From positions 15,389-79,388 of the forward strand of contig JAZRUV010000029.1 in assembly GCA_045652705.1 (NCBI GenBank): a stretch of DNA of 64,000 bases, given 5' to 3'. This document shows positions 27,982-37,857 of the stretch, in pieces. Source of the stretch: Clostridia bacterium. GTDB lineage: Bacteria; Bacillota; Clostridia; TANB77; CAG-465. Position 1 is the first letter of the stretch, and each line of letters starts with the position of its first letter. The notes below the pieces were generated by a model. The model ran no database searches, was not told the origin of the DNA, and saw only the letters and a program-made list of their open reading frames with translations. Both the position numbers and the translations under genes were made by a program.

Positions 27982-28182
27982 ATGAAAGTATTAAATACAA
28001 TAGTGCTTGTGCTTATTATAATAGGTGCATTAAACTGGGGACTTATTGCGTTATTTAGCTTTGACCTAGTAGCATGGCTTTTCGGTAACATGACAATGCT
28101 TTCAAGAATAGTATATGGTTTAGTAGGTCTTGCAGGTCTTTGGGCTATAACTTTCTTTACAAGAATATCTGTTGACGAATAA
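27982..28182 (+). CDS. DUF378 small membrane protein
   Basis: MKVLNTIVLVLIIIGALNWGLIALFSFDLVAWLFG is the DUF378 two-helix signature; RBS aaggaggt. Confidence 0.65.
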   Translation: MKVLNTIVLVLIIIGALNWGLIALFSFDLVAWLFGNMTMLSRIVYGLVGLAGLWAITFFTRISVDE

Positions 28183-28188
28183 TGCAAA

Positions 28189-28217
28189 TTGACAAAGTTT
28201 ACATAAAATGGTATAAT
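28189..28217 (+). promoter_or_regulatory. sigma-A promoter: -35 TTGACA (28189-28194), 17 nt, extended -10 TGgTATAAT (28209-28217)
   Basis: Consensus elements read directly from the sequence. Confidence 0.5.
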
Positions 28218-28294
28218 ATACTTGGAGTTAATAAAAAGCTCCTAGATAACAATCTGGGAGCAATTTGCTTCCAGAATTTTTTGGAGGTAAAGAG

Positions 28295-28390
28295 ATGCTT
28301 AAAGCACAAAGAATTGCAGCATATATTGCATGTGGTATCACTAGTATCTTGGCAGTAGCGTGTATTGTTTATATTGCTTTTATTATGTAA
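28295..28390 (+). CDS. Candidate 31-aa membrane peptide (MLKAQRIAAYIACGITSILAVACIVYIAFIM)
   Basis: RBS ggaggtaaagag; single TM; flanked by its own promoter and the terminator at 28408-28437. Confidence 0.3.
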   Translation: MLKAQRIAAYIACGITSILAVACIVYIAFIM

Positions 28391-28407
28391 GTAAACGATA
28401 TACAAAT

Positions 28408-28437
28408 AAAAGCGAGTTCAATTTGAACTCGCTTTTA
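28408..28437. terminator. Bidirectional terminator (aaagcgagttcaatttgaactcgctttt)
   Basis: 11-bp stem agcgagttcaa/ttgaactcgct with A/T runs on both sides; located between convergent genes. Confidence 0.65.
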
Positions 28438-28451
28438 GCATATCTAAATTT

Positions 28452-29870
28452 CTATAACAAATCGCTAAGTTTTGTTATAGTACCAGCACCTATTGTAAGG
28501 ACAATATCGTTTGGTTTAACTATTTCGTGAATATGTTTTGCTATAGCATCTAATGTATGAAGATTTTGTGCAGTAACACCATTTTTTACAAGTGCCTCAG
28601 CTAGCATATCCGAAGATACAATACCTTGGTCTTTTTCTCTTGCTGCATATATATCTGCAAGAAGAACAATATCTGCATCATAAAATGCTTCTGCAAATTT
28701 ATCAAAAAGAGTAATTGTTCTTGTATATGTGTGCGGTTCAAATACTGCAATAATTCTACCAGGTGCTTTTTCTTTTGCAGTAGACAGAGTAGTCATTATC
28801 TCTGTTGGATGGTGAGCATAATCGTCATAAACATTTACATTTTCACCAATTGTTTTTTTGTATTCGAAACGTCTACTAGCACCAGTAAATTCTTCAAGTC
28901 CATCCTTTACAAGCAACATATCTAAATTATTTGCAAGAGCTACAGCTATTGTTGCAAGAGAGTTGGATACATTGTGAATACCAGGAGCATTAAGATTTAT
29001 GTGACAAATTAATCTCTCTTTGTTATAAACGTCAAATTCATAACATCTATTATCTGCAAGTTTAATATTTTTAGCATAAACATCCGAAGATACATTTTCC
29101 GTAGAGTATGTATAAACGCGAATATTTTTTGAATCAATTACATCTTTAGCTCTATTTAAAACATCAACCACATTTTCGTTTTCTATATTTACAACAAGAT
29201 TTCCACCTTGGTGTATAAGAGATATGAACTTAATGAATGAGTCTTTAATATCTTCTAAATCTTTGAAATAATCTAAATGGTCTTCTTCAATGTTTAATAT
29301 AACAGCAGTGTGTCCGGGGAAGTTTAAGAAGCTATCTACATATTCACAAGATTCTAATACGAAATATTTATTATCTCCGATACAGTAGTTTAAATTATTT
29401 AATTCTTTAAGTTTTGAACCCACAAGCACAGTTGGGTTAACATTTGCAGTTTTAAGAGCAGAAGCTACCATAGAAGTGGTTGTTGTTTTTCCGTGCATAC
29501 CAGCAATACAAATTGGTTTTTCATATATTTTAAGAAGTTTGCCTAAAAATGGCGCTCTTTCAAATGTAGGGATGCCAAGTTTTATTGCTTCTAAATATTC
29601 TTTGTCTGTTTCTTTATTTATAGCAGCTGTATATACTACAACATCAGCTGAATGTACAAGCTCAGGATTAGAACCAATAAATACAGGGATATTTTCGCTT
29701 TCAAGCATTTTAACCATATCTGATCCCATACTATCTGAACCAGTTACTTCAAATCCGGATTTTTTAAGCATAACGGCAATACCACTCATGCTTATTCCAC
29801 CAATACCTATCATATGTATTTTGGATATATTTTTAAATTCTTCAATATCTAATTTATTCAAAATTTTCAC
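28452..29870 (-). CDS. murC: UDP-N-acetylmuramate--L-alanine ligase
   Basis: HMIGIGGISMSGIA...GMHGKTTTTSM Mur ligase N-terminal and central domains. Confidence 0.9.
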   Translation of the reverse strand: MKILNKLDIEEFKNISKIHMIGIGGISMSGIAVMLKKSGFEVTGSDSMGSDMVKMLESENIPVFIGSNPELVHSADVVVYTAAINKETDKEYLEAIKLGIPTFERAPFLGKLLKIYEKPICIAGMHGKTTTTSMVASALKTANVNPTVLVGSKLKELNNLNYCIGDNKYFVLESCEYVDSFLNFPGHTAVILNIEEDHLDYFKDLEDIKDSFIKFISLIHQGGNLVVNIENENVVDVLNRAKDVIDSKNIRVYTYSTENVSSDVYAKNIKLADNRCYEFDVYNKERLICHINLNAPGIHNVSNSLATIAVALANNLDMLLVKDGLEEFTGASRRFEYKKTIGENVNVYDDYAHHPTEIMTTLSTAKEKAPGRIIAVFEPHTYTRTITLFDKFAEAFYDADIVLLADIYAAREKDQGIVSSDMLAEALVKNGVTAQNLHTLDAIAKHIHEIVKPNDIVLTIGAGTITKLSDLL

Positions 29871-29982
29871 CTCTAAACAACGTTATTATACTACACGATA
29901 AATTTACTTGCAATATTATATACACCATTTTGACATATTAGTTGAAAAAAGTGGATAACTGGTATATAATATACCCACGTAG

Positions 29983-31080
29983 GTGATATATATGTGGTTA
30001 GTAAATGTAGTAATAATAATTGCCTTTTTGTTCTTTGTACTAAAACTTGTTACAAGAGCAATAAAACAAAAAGAAATTTATTTATTTGTAATATTAGGTC
30101 TAGCAAATATATTTGAAGCAATATTTTTAGGCTTCATATTTACGGGAAAAGGACTTCCTAATATCTTACAAGTATTAGTGTTAGTATTTTCATATATAAT
30201 ACCAATGGGAGTTGTAATGTTAAATAGTGCGCATGTATCTATTAGACTTAAGATATTATATGCGATATCTTGTATAAGCTATTCACTAAAGAAATATGAA
30301 TTTGCGGCAGGACTTCTTTTAGGTGCTATTAAAAACGATAAAAAGAACGTTAACTTCTATTATCTAAGAGGAAAGGCTTTAGAAAAACTTGGAGATTTAG
30401 CTGGTGCTAGAGACATGCTTTTTAAAGTTATTGAACTAGATAGAGATAACAAAGAAGTATATTTAGAACTTGCACAGATACTAGATAGAGAAAATAAAAA
30501 AGATACGGCGTTAGTAATGCTTTCTCAAGTATTAAAAATAGATGAAGACTATGTAGAAGCAAAAGAAATGATGGGAATTATCTATTCTGAAATTGGCAGG
30601 TATAAAGAGGCTCTTAATATATATGAAGAACTAGCTGCAAGTGATTCTGGCACATATAACACATACTACAATTTAGCTATAATATATTGGCAAAACAACG
30701 AATTAGACAAAGCAATGAAAGCATATAACGTAGCAGTAGGAATGAATTCAAAACTATATGAAGCATATTATGCCTTAGGCAAACTATATTTCTTGAGAGA
30801 AAATTATGAACAAAGTATATATAACTTAAATAAGGCGCTAAAAGATGATGAGCTTAAAGGTGCAGTAGAATATACCTTAAGTCAAAACTATATAAAACAA
30901 GAAGAATTAGAAAAAGCAGTAGAACATTTAGAAAATGCTATAAAACAAGACAAATCATATCTTGAAAAAGCAAAAAGAAACGAACTGTTTGATGTGATTT
31001 CATTAGAACTAAGTAGGCTTGAAGATGAAAATAAAGAGTTAGAAACAATAACATATGATTTGAAAGAAAATTTAGAGTAA
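29983..31080 (+). CDS. Membrane-anchored tetratricopeptide-repeat protein
   Basis: Two N-terminal TM helices followed by repeated A-x-x-Y/L TPR-like helical hairpins. Confidence 0.6.
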   Translation: MIYMWLVNVVIIIAFLFFVLKLVTRAIKQKEIYLFVILGLANIFEAIFLGFIFTGKGLPNILQVLVLVFSYIIPMGVVMLNSAHVSIRLKILYAISCISYSLKKYEFAAGLLLGAIKNDKKNVNFYYLRGKALEKLGDLAGARDMLFKVIELDRDNKEVYLELAQILDRENKKDTALVMLSQVLKIDEDYVEAKEMMGIIYSEIGRYKEALNIYEELAASDSGTYNTYYNLAIIYWQNNELDKAMKAYNVAVGMNSKLYEAYYALGKLYFLRENYEQSIYNLNKALKDDELKGAVEYTLSQNYIKQEELEKAVEHLENAIKQDKSYLEKAKRNELFDVISLELSRLEDENKELETITYDLKENLE

Positions 31081-31083
31081 AAC

Positions 31084-31112
31084 TTTACAAATAAAAAATT
31101 GCGTGGTATAAT
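31084..31112 (+). promoter_or_regulatory. tRNA promoter: -35 TTTACA (31084-31089), 17 nt, extended -10 TGgTATAAT (31104-31112)
   Basis: Read directly from the sequence; 20 nt upstream of the tRNA 5' end. Confidence 0.5.
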
Positions 31113-31131
31113 AACCGTGCAATTTGAATTT

Positions 31132-31218
31132 GTCGGAATGGTGGAATTGGCAGACGCGTCAGACTCAAAATCTGATATGGGTAACCATGTGTGGGTTCAA
31201 GTCCCACTTCCGGCACCA
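31132..31218 (+). tRNA. tRNA-Leu (anticodon CAA), class II with long variable arm, CCA encoded
   Basis: Cloverleaf: acceptor gtcggaa/ttccggc, D-arm GGTGGAATTGGCAGAC, anticodon loop CTCAAAA, T-arm gtgggTTCAAGTcccac; close to Bacillus tRNA-Leu sequences. Confidence 0.9.
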
Positions 31219-31235
31219 AATTATAATAAAACTCG

Positions 31236-31264
31236 GACTACAGTAGTTCGAGTTTTATTATACA
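31236..31264 (+). terminator. Terminator after the tRNA (aaaactcggactacagtagttcgagtttta)
   Basis: Stem aactcgga/ttcgagtt followed by a T-tract. Confidence 0.6.
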
Positions 31265-31419
31265 CAAAAACTGTAACATAGGCATCGGTTGACTTATGTA
31301 AACAAATATGCTATAATGTTAACTGTAATACGTTTTTAATAATTTCAACGATTGGGGGATTTAATGAAGTTTTTTATTTTTTAATACAACACTATAACAA
31401 TATTAAGGAGAATGTAATT

Positions 31420-31761
31420 ATGTTAAAGAAACTTACAGCTTGGTTGGTCTGTTTTGGACTTAGCTATGTAGTGCAAAGCTTTGGATGGACAGGAAATGCT
31501 GAGGCGTTTATGTATATATACCTTGGATATACAACGCTTCTTATGGTGGGGGCTGCAATCATTTTTTGTTTGGCTCAAAGAGAGTCTTGGACAGTCAAGT
31601 TGGGGTCGGTAGCAATGGTTATTTTAACTTCGGCCGCTGGAATTTTATTTGCCATTGGCGTAACGTGGCTTGCAAGCAAATTGTTTAATGTGAATTTCTA
31701 TGTTGTATATCAGGTTATTACCTTTGTCATGTGCTTTGTTAAGTACAAAACTAAAAGGTGA
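31420..31761 (+). CDS. Hypothetical membrane protein
   Basis: 113 aa, 3-4 TM helices; RBS aaggagaatg. Confidence 0.4.
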   Translation: MLKKLTAWLVCFGLSYVVQSFGWTGNAEAFMYIYLGYTTLLMVGAAIIFCLAQRESWTVKLGSVAMVILTSAAGILFAIGVTWLASKLFNVNFYVVYQVITFVMCFVKYKTKR

Positions 31762-31949
31762 TAAAAATAAACGGGGAACAGTGGGGTTCTCCGGTTATTG
31801 CAATTTAGAGAATTTATGATATAATATATAATGATATAAATAAGAGATAAAACTTAACATACTAACTAGTGTTAAGAATTTAACTTCCAGCTTATTAGTT
31901 TAACTCATAAAAATTAATACATCAATAAAAGTAATATGGAGGAAATGTT

Positions 31950-32387
31950 ATGCAAGAACAAAACAAAAAACTATTTCGGTGGGTATTAGGTAGTGGTATA
32001 GTATGTATTGCGCTTAGTATACTAGGAATATTAATTGTAAAATTAATTTTTGGTGGTAATACACAACAGTATAATACGTATGTAACATGTATACTTGCAA
32101 TTATGATGTTTGTTTATCTGGCTATTGCTGGTGTCGCAATGACAAGGTATAATAAATACTTAAAAAATTATGAGATGGAAAAGTTAGAAAAAACAAAGAA
32201 AGAATTAACGAGTGAATATAAACCGGTATTTTTAAAATATTCGGACACTATTTCTCCGGAAATGTTTAAGTGCCGGGTGAAAGTTGATGAAAATGGAGAA
32301 ATAGTCTGTGAAATTAAACTTGACCACAAAGTTAAATTTGAAAGTTACAAGGAATTTTTAAGACATTTTGATTTGCCAGAAGAATAA
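31950..32387 (+). CDS. Hypothetical membrane-anchored protein
   Basis: 145 aa, two N-terminal TM helices; RBS atggaggaa. Confidence 0.4.
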   Translation: MQEQNKKLFRWVLGSGIVCIALSILGILIVKLIFGGNTQQYNTYVTCILAIMMFVYLAIAGVAMTRYNKYLKNYEMEKLEKTKKELTSEYKPVFLKYSDTISPEMFKCRVKVDENGEIVCEIKLDHKVKFESYKEFLRHFDLPEE

Positions 32388-32408
32388 AATTATTGAGGAG
32401 TGACAGCG

Positions 32409-32621
32409 ATGAAAAAATTACCTTTTAGGAAAAACATGTCTTTTTGGACTGTTTTAAAAAGCAATTTAAAATGTGCCTTTTGTAACTACAAGAATTGTCG
32501 GTTGAGGTATTATCCTGGCCGGAAAAGGTACTACATGTGTAACGGCACAAGATACGTTGACGAATGCAAGAAAGACATAGATAAGCGATTTGATAAAGCA
32601 TTTAAAAGAAAGTGGCCATAA
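32409..32621 (+). CDS. Small basic Cys-rich protein (possible zinc ribbon)
   Basis: CAFCNYKNC...YMCNGTRYVDEC; ATG after RBS gaggagtg. Confidence 0.35.
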   Translation: MKKLPFRKNMSFWTVLKSNLKCAFCNYKNCRLRYYPGRKRYYMCNGTRYVDECKKDIDKRFDKAFKRKWP

Positions 32622-32628
32622 GAATAAT

Positions 32629-32658
32629 AAAATGGAGTCTAACAAGGCTCCATTTTGC
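32629..32658 (+). terminator. Intrinsic terminator (aaaatggagtctaacaaggctccatttt)
   Basis: 9-bp stem followed by a T-tract. Confidence 0.55.
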
Positions 32659-32753
32659 TATAGATAATAAACTTAAAAGAAACAGCAAAATAAATATGCT
32701 AACTTTTATATAAAAAAGTATTTGCATATTTGTTTTTTTATGGTAATATATCC

Positions 32754-32778
32754 ATAGATATTAGAAAATAATATCTAT
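32754..32778 (+). promoter_or_regulatory. Perfect 10-5-10 palindrome ATAGATATTA-gaaaa-TAATATCTAT between the adh promoter (-35 TTGCAT 32722, extended -10 TGgTAATAT 32742-32750) and the RBS; candidate operator
   Basis: Read directly from the sequence; sits at the transcription start and leader of the Fe-ADH gene. Confidence 0.45.
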
Positions 32779-32793
32779 ATAGGAGGTATAAAT

Positions 32794-33948
32794 ATGTCAG
32801 AAAGATTTGTTTTAAATGAAACATCATATTTTGGAAGAGGTGCAAGAGCTGAACTTGCAAATGAAATTACCACAAGAGGATTTAAAAAAGTACTTGTTGT
32901 AACAGACAAGTCATTAGTAGCTTGTGGAGTTACAAAGAAAGTTACAGATGTACTAGATGAAGCTAATATAGAGTACACAGTATATTCAGAAGTAAAACCA
33001 AACCCAACAGTAAAAAATGTACAAGATGGAGTAGAAGTGTGCATTGCATTTGGTGCAGACGTTATTGTTGCAGTAGGTGGTGGCTCTGCAATGGATACTG
33101 CTAAAGGAATTAGCATAATAATGACAAACCCAGATAGAGCAGATGTTGTATCATTAAATGGATTATCTAACACTAAAAATAAAGGACTACCTATGATAGC
33201 TCTTCCTACAACTCATGGAACAGCAGCAGAGGTTACAATTAACTATGTAATAACAGATGAGGAAAGAAAAATAAAAATGGTATGTGTTGACCCACACGAT
33301 ATACCAGTTCTAGCAATAGTAGATTCTGAGTTAATGGAAACATTACCAAAAGCAACAGCAGCAGCTACTGGTTTAGATGCTTTAACACATGCTGTTGAAG
33401 GATATATCACAAAAGGTCATAACATAATGGCGGATATGTTCCATATGAAAGCTATTGAATTAATATTTGCAAACTTACCAAAAGCAGTAAATGAAAAAGA
33501 TGCTAAAGCAATTGAAAACATGGCACTTGCTCAATATATAGCTGGAATGGGATTTTCAAATGTTGGCCTTGGTATAGTACACTCAATGGCTCACCAATTA
33601 GGAGCTGTTTATGACACACCACATGGAATAGCTAACGCAATATTACTTCCAACTGTTATGAGATTTAACGGAGAAGTGTGCGCAGATAGATTTAAAGAAA
33701 TACTAGCTAATTTAGGCGTAGCTAATGCAAGTGACTTAACGGATAACGAAGCAGTTGAAATGTTCGTAGCAAAAATACAAGAATTATCTAAAGAAGTTGG
33801 TGTTACTCAAACTGTTAAAGATACAGGATGTAAGGAAGAAGATTTAGAAATGTTAGCAGAAAAAGCTATGGAAGATCCATGTAAACCAGGAAATCCAAGA
33901 GAAGTAACTAAAGAAGACTTTGTTAGATTATATAAAGAGGCTATGTAA
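32794..33948 (+). CDS. Iron-containing (group III) alcohol dehydrogenase, FucO/DhaT/BdhA-like
   Basis: GGGSAMDTAKG, the H-x3-H metal site (HSMAHQLG), 384 aa. Confidence 0.85.
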   Translation: MSERFVLNETSYFGRGARAELANEITTRGFKKVLVVTDKSLVACGVTKKVTDVLDEANIEYTVYSEVKPNPTVKNVQDGVEVCIAFGADVIVAVGGGSAMDTAKGISIIMTNPDRADVVSLNGLSNTKNKGLPMIALPTTHGTAAEVTINYVITDEERKIKMVCVDPHDIPVLAIVDSELMETLPKATAAATGLDALTHAVEGYITKGHNIMADMFHMKAIELIFANLPKAVNEKDAKAIENMALAQYIAGMGFSNVGLGIVHSMAHQLGAVYDTPHGIANAILLPTVMRFNGEVCADRFKEILANLGVANASDLTDNEAVEMFVAKIQELSKEVGVTQTVKDTGCKEEDLEMLAEKAMEDPCKPGNPREVTKEDFVRLYKEAM

Positions 33949-33969
33949 TAAATTATAAAAATGCTAATA

Positions 33970-34008
33970 AAAAGATTTCAAGACTTATTGTTTTGAAATC
34001 TTTTTATT
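33970..34008. terminator. Bidirectional terminator (aaaagatttcaa...ttgaaatcttttt)
   Basis: 11-bp stem between convergent adh and tspO. Confidence 0.55.
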
Positions 34009-34016
34009 GTATTTAT

Positions 34017-34472
34017 CTAATTATTAAGAATATATATAGCACTGTTTAAAACTAGAGCAAATGTAACCCAAATAGCATAAGGTATTTGTAAATAAGCAGC
34101 TGTTTTATTTAACTTTGCAAATTCATATATCATATAAATAATTAGGCAAAGTAATAGTACTAACCATAATGCAGAGAATAAGAACCAGTTAAGCCTAAAG
34201 AAAAATAGTGACCAGAGAGCATTAACACCTAGCTGCACAAAATACACTGTAAGAGCAGTTTTGTTATTTTCTTTTTTAGATATCATATATGAAGATATTC
34301 CCATTAGTATATATAAAATACTCCACACTATAGGAAACAAAAAGCCGGGTGGAGCAAAAGACGGAGTTTTAATTTTTTCGTAAATATCTGTACTTCCACC
34401 AAGGAGATTTCCAATAAACCCTACTACTAAAGGAATAAGAATAAATATTATTAACTTTTTATATTTTTTCAT
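34017..34472 (-). CDS. tspO: TspO/MBR tryptophan-rich sensory protein
   Basis: Five TM helices; FLFPIVWSILYILMGISSY and W-rich loops. Confidence 0.8.
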   Translation of the reverse strand: MKKYKKLIIFILIPLVVGFIGNLLGGSTDIYEKIKTPSFAPPGFLFPIVWSILYILMGISSYMISKKENNKTALTVYFVQLGVNALWSLFFFRLNWFLFSALWLVLLLCLIIYMIYEFAKLNKTAAYLQIPYAIWVTFALVLNSAIYILNN

Positions 34473-34571
34473 TTTATCACCTTAATATATTTTATGAAAG
34501 TTAAAATTAAATATACGTGTATATACGAATTAAAACGGTATAATTAAACAAACTTTGTACAAAATATTTGT

Positions 34572-35120
34572 ATGGAAAAGATAAGAAAAATGTTAAAAAA
34601 TATAATATTAATAACGGTTATAATAACAGCTTTAGTTATAGCATTATATATTTCATACAACTTAGAAAACATTGAAATATATGATGGTGTTTATGCTGCT
34701 ATAAAAGACCAGAGCTCAACAAGTACAAAGAAAAATACAGACCAAAGTTCAATAGATAATTCTGGAGATATGGTTGACCTTTTAGCAAGACTCATAAATG
34801 GTGAGGCAAGGGGCGAACCATATAAAGGACAAGTGGCGGTTGGTGCTGTTGTAATGAATAGAGTTAAAAGTTCAGAGTTTCCAGATACGATATCTGGGGT
34901 TATATACCAAAAAGGACAATTTTCGTGTGTTACTGATGGACAGTTTAATAAAGCTATAGATGAAGATTCGACTGTATATAAAGCAGCACAAGAAGCAATA
35001 AATGGTTCTGACCCTACCAACGGTTGTATTTTCTTTTATAATCCTAAAACAAGTAAAAGTAAATGGCTATATACAAGAACTACAGTTATAACTATTGGTA
35101 GTCACAGATTTGCAAAATAG
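34572..35120 (+). CDS. sleB: Spore cortex-lytic enzyme / cell wall hydrolase, SleB/CwlJ family
   Basis: LLARLINGEARGEPYKGQVAVGAVVMNRV...GVIYQKGQFS hydrolase_2 domain; upstream of ypeB. Confidence 0.8.
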   Translation: MEKIRKMLKNIILITVIITALVIALYISYNLENIEIYDGVYAAIKDQSSTSTKKNTDQSSIDNSGDMVDLLARLINGEARGEPYKGQVAVGAVVMNRVKSSEFPDTISGVIYQKGQFSCVTDGQFNKAIDEDSTVYKAAQEAINGSDPTNGCIFFYNPKTSKSKWLYTRTTVITIGSHRFAK

Positions 35121-35130
35121 AGGTGATAAT

Positions 35131-36528
35131 ATGCTCGCAAAATTAGAAAAGAAAATAACAGAATTTAAGAAGAGGCAAGACCCTAGATTTATAGGGGTAT
35201 TTATGTTTGGAATATTTGGATTTGTTACTCTTATAGCAATGAACTTTGCAAATGTATATGGAAGAGAAAAACAAAGTACTACAGATACATATAATAGAGC
35301 GATGTATGAGGTAATAACTAGTGTAAATAATGTGGATACATTGGTAGCAAAAGTAAGAATTACAATGTCCAATGAGTATAATATAGTTACTCTTTCTGAA
35401 ATTACAACAGAAGCTACAAAAGCCAAAGAAAACTTAGGACAGCTTCCTGTAAATCAAGGGGCAATGGGAAATGTTTCTAAGTTTTTTAGTCAGGTTATAG
35501 GGTACTCACAAGCCCTTACAAAAAAGTTAGCAAATAAAAATGAGTTAACAGATGAAGACCATAAAAACTTAAAGAAAATAAATGATGTGTCGAACAATTT
35601 AAATAGTACCCTTCAAGACATATATGTAGATTTAACTCAAGGTAGGCTTAAATGGGATGAAGTAGAACAAGTGGCAACATATAAATTAAATCAGGATAAA
35701 AATAAGTTGGAATTAAGTGGACTAGAAAAAGTTAAAGATGAGCTAGAAGATTATGAAGGATTAATTTATGATGGTGCATACTCAAGCCATATAGAATCAT
35801 CTAAGCCTAAGGCTTTAACAGATAAAGAGGTTACAGTAGCTGAAGCTAGTAAAAAGGTAAGACAGTGCGTAAAAAATGCAACAGATAGAGAAATAGAAGA
35901 AGTTATATATAATGGAGAGTCGAAGGGTAAATTAGATTTGTATAATTTTGAGGTTAAATTTAAAGATACAGATTATACAATAGACGTAGATGTAACAAAA
36001 CAAGATGGAATGTTAGTACTACTTATGTCAGATAGACCAGTTGAAGAAAAGATAATAGAAATAGAAACAGCAAAAGAAATAGGAGATAAGTATTTACAAA
36101 GTTTAGGATTAAGTAATTTTGAATCAACTTATTACCAAACGACACAAAATATGACTACAATAAATTATGCTGCTGTGCAAGATGGTGTACTTCTTTATCC
36201 AGATTTAATAAAGGTAAAAATTGCAATGGATACAGGTGAAGTATGCTCTGTTGAATGTACAGGATACATATTTAATCATACTCAAAGAAGCAATTTAATA
36301 CCGATGATATCAGAAAATCAAGCTAAGGCAAGTTTGAGTAAAGATATGAAACTTGAAAAGATAAGACTTGCAGTAATTCCAACCGATTCAAATAAAGAAG
36401 TGTTAACATATGAATTTAAGGGAACAATAGAGGATAATACGTTTTTAATATATATTAATGCTAGAACAGGTAAAGAGGAAAACATATTAATTCTTCTTAA
36501 AACAGAAGGTGGACTTCTTACTATTTAG
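35131..36528 (+). CDS. ypeB: Germination protein YpeB (PepSY domains)
   Basis: N-terminal anchor and two C-terminal PepSY-like repeats; operon partner of sleB; ATG after RBS agaggtga. Confidence 0.75.
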   Translation: MLAKLEKKITEFKKRQDPRFIGVFMFGIFGFVTLIAMNFANVYGREKQSTTDTYNRAMYEVITSVNNVDTLVAKVRITMSNEYNIVTLSEITTEATKAKENLGQLPVNQGAMGNVSKFFSQVIGYSQALTKKLANKNELTDEDHKNLKKINDVSNNLNSTLQDIYVDLTQGRLKWDEVEQVATYKLNQDKNKLELSGLEKVKDELEDYEGLIYDGAYSSHIESSKPKALTDKEVTVAEASKKVRQCVKNATDREIEEVIYNGESKGKLDLYNFEVKFKDTDYTIDVDVTKQDGMLVLLMSDRPVEEKIIEIETAKEIGDKYLQSLGLSNFESTYYQTTQNMTTINYAAVQDGVLLYPDLIKVKIAMDTGEVCSVECTGYIFNHTQRSNLIPMISENQAKASLSKDMKLEKIRLAVIPTDSNKEVLTYEFKGTIEDNTFLIYINARTGKEENILILLKTEGGLLTI

Positions 36529-36585
36529 AAAACTACTGTTGCAATTTTAAATTCTTTAGACTAAAATATATTTAGGTGATAAATT

Positions 36586-37761
36586 ATGTATGGAATTGCT
36601 TTAGAAGGTGGAGGAATGAAAGGTGCATATCACATAGGTGCTGTAAAAGCTATACGTGAATGCGGATATGATATAGGAGCATATGTTGGTACTTCTATAG
36701 GTTCATTTAATGCTGCTGTACTTGCACAAGGAGATTTTGAAAAATTGTATAAACAGTGGTATAATGGCTCATCGGCATTGGGTATAGATTTAAAAGAAAA
36801 AGAATTAAATAAATTATTTAGCAAAAAGCTAGATATAGATAGCGTTAAATATTGGGCTAAATTTGTTACAGATAGTTTTGCAAATAAAGGTATAGATTCT
36901 TCTAGATTAAAATCGTTATATGATTCATTTATAGACGAAGAAAAATTAAGGAGTTCTAGTATAGACTATGGTATGGTAACAGTGTCTTTAACAGATAGAA
37001 AACCAGTATATATGTTTAAAGAAGAAATCCCAGAAGGCCTTATATCTACTTATGTATTAGCAAGTTCATATCTACCAGTATTTAAACAAGATAAAATATT
37101 AAATGATGATAAGCTTTATCTAGATGGTGGCTTTTATGATAATTGCCCAATAATACTTCTTAAGAAAAAGGGGTATACGGATATAATTGAGGTAAGAACA
37201 AAAGCTTTAGGCGTAAGCAAAAGAGTAAACAGAAAAGGATTAAATATTATAACGATATCTCCTTCAAAAGAATTAGGCGGAATTGTTTTAAGCGACAATA
37301 AAATGGTAAGGAAAAATATCCAAATGGGATATTTTGATGCTATGCGTGTCCTTAAAGGATATATTGGAGATAAGTATTATGTTGTTCCTACAGAAAACGA
37401 TAAAGCATTTAGCATGTTATTAAATCTTACAGATGAACAGATATTAAAAATAATTGATGAAACCAAGATCACTGGTATAGACAATCTGGAACCTAAAAAG
37501 ATTTTGTTTGAAAAGGCGCTTCCGTTGATACAAACAAAATTAAAAAATATGGATACAAATACATACCAAAAATTAATTATTTCTATGATAGAGTATCTTA
37601 CTGATGAAGAATTAAAAATATATAAATTATATACTTTTGAAGAATTAATTACAGAGTTTAAAAAGAAAATACCAAAACTATTAAAAGAAGAGAAAAATAG
37701 TTTAATAAAAAATGGAGTAAATATTTTAATGCTAAAATTGTTAAAAGAACTCGAATTATAA
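36586..37761 (+). CDS. Patatin-like phospholipase
   Basis: GGGMKGAYHIGAV oxyanion/Gly-rich motif, G-T-S-I-G nucleophile elbow, DGG catalytic Asp. Confidence 0.8.
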   Translation: MYGIALEGGGMKGAYHIGAVKAIRECGYDIGAYVGTSIGSFNAAVLAQGDFEKLYKQWYNGSSALGIDLKEKELNKLFSKKLDIDSVKYWAKFVTDSFANKGIDSSRLKSLYDSFIDEEKLRSSSIDYGMVTVSLTDRKPVYMFKEEIPEGLISTYVLASSYLPVFKQDKILNDDKLYLDGGFYDNCPIILLKKKGYTDIIEVRTKALGVSKRVNRKGLNIITISPSKELGGIVLSDNKMVRKNIQMGYFDAMRVLKGYIGDKYYVVPTENDKAFSMLLNLTDEQILKIIDETKITGIDNLEPKKILFEKALPLIQTKLKNMDTNTYQKLIISMIEYLTDEELKIYKLYTFEELITEFKKKIPKLLKEEKNSLIKNGVNILMLKLLKELEL

Positions 37762-37857
37762 CAACTAATAGCAAAACGCTTTTAAATTAAATTTAGATAT
37801 AGTACAATAAGTTTATAAAAGTATTAAACTCAAAATAAACTTATTGGGGGATGTAAA

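Noticed and set aside
31099-31281. 60-aa ORF from the six-frame track
   Set aside because: It begins at a TTG and fully overlaps the tRNA-Leu(CAA) gene, so it is spurious.
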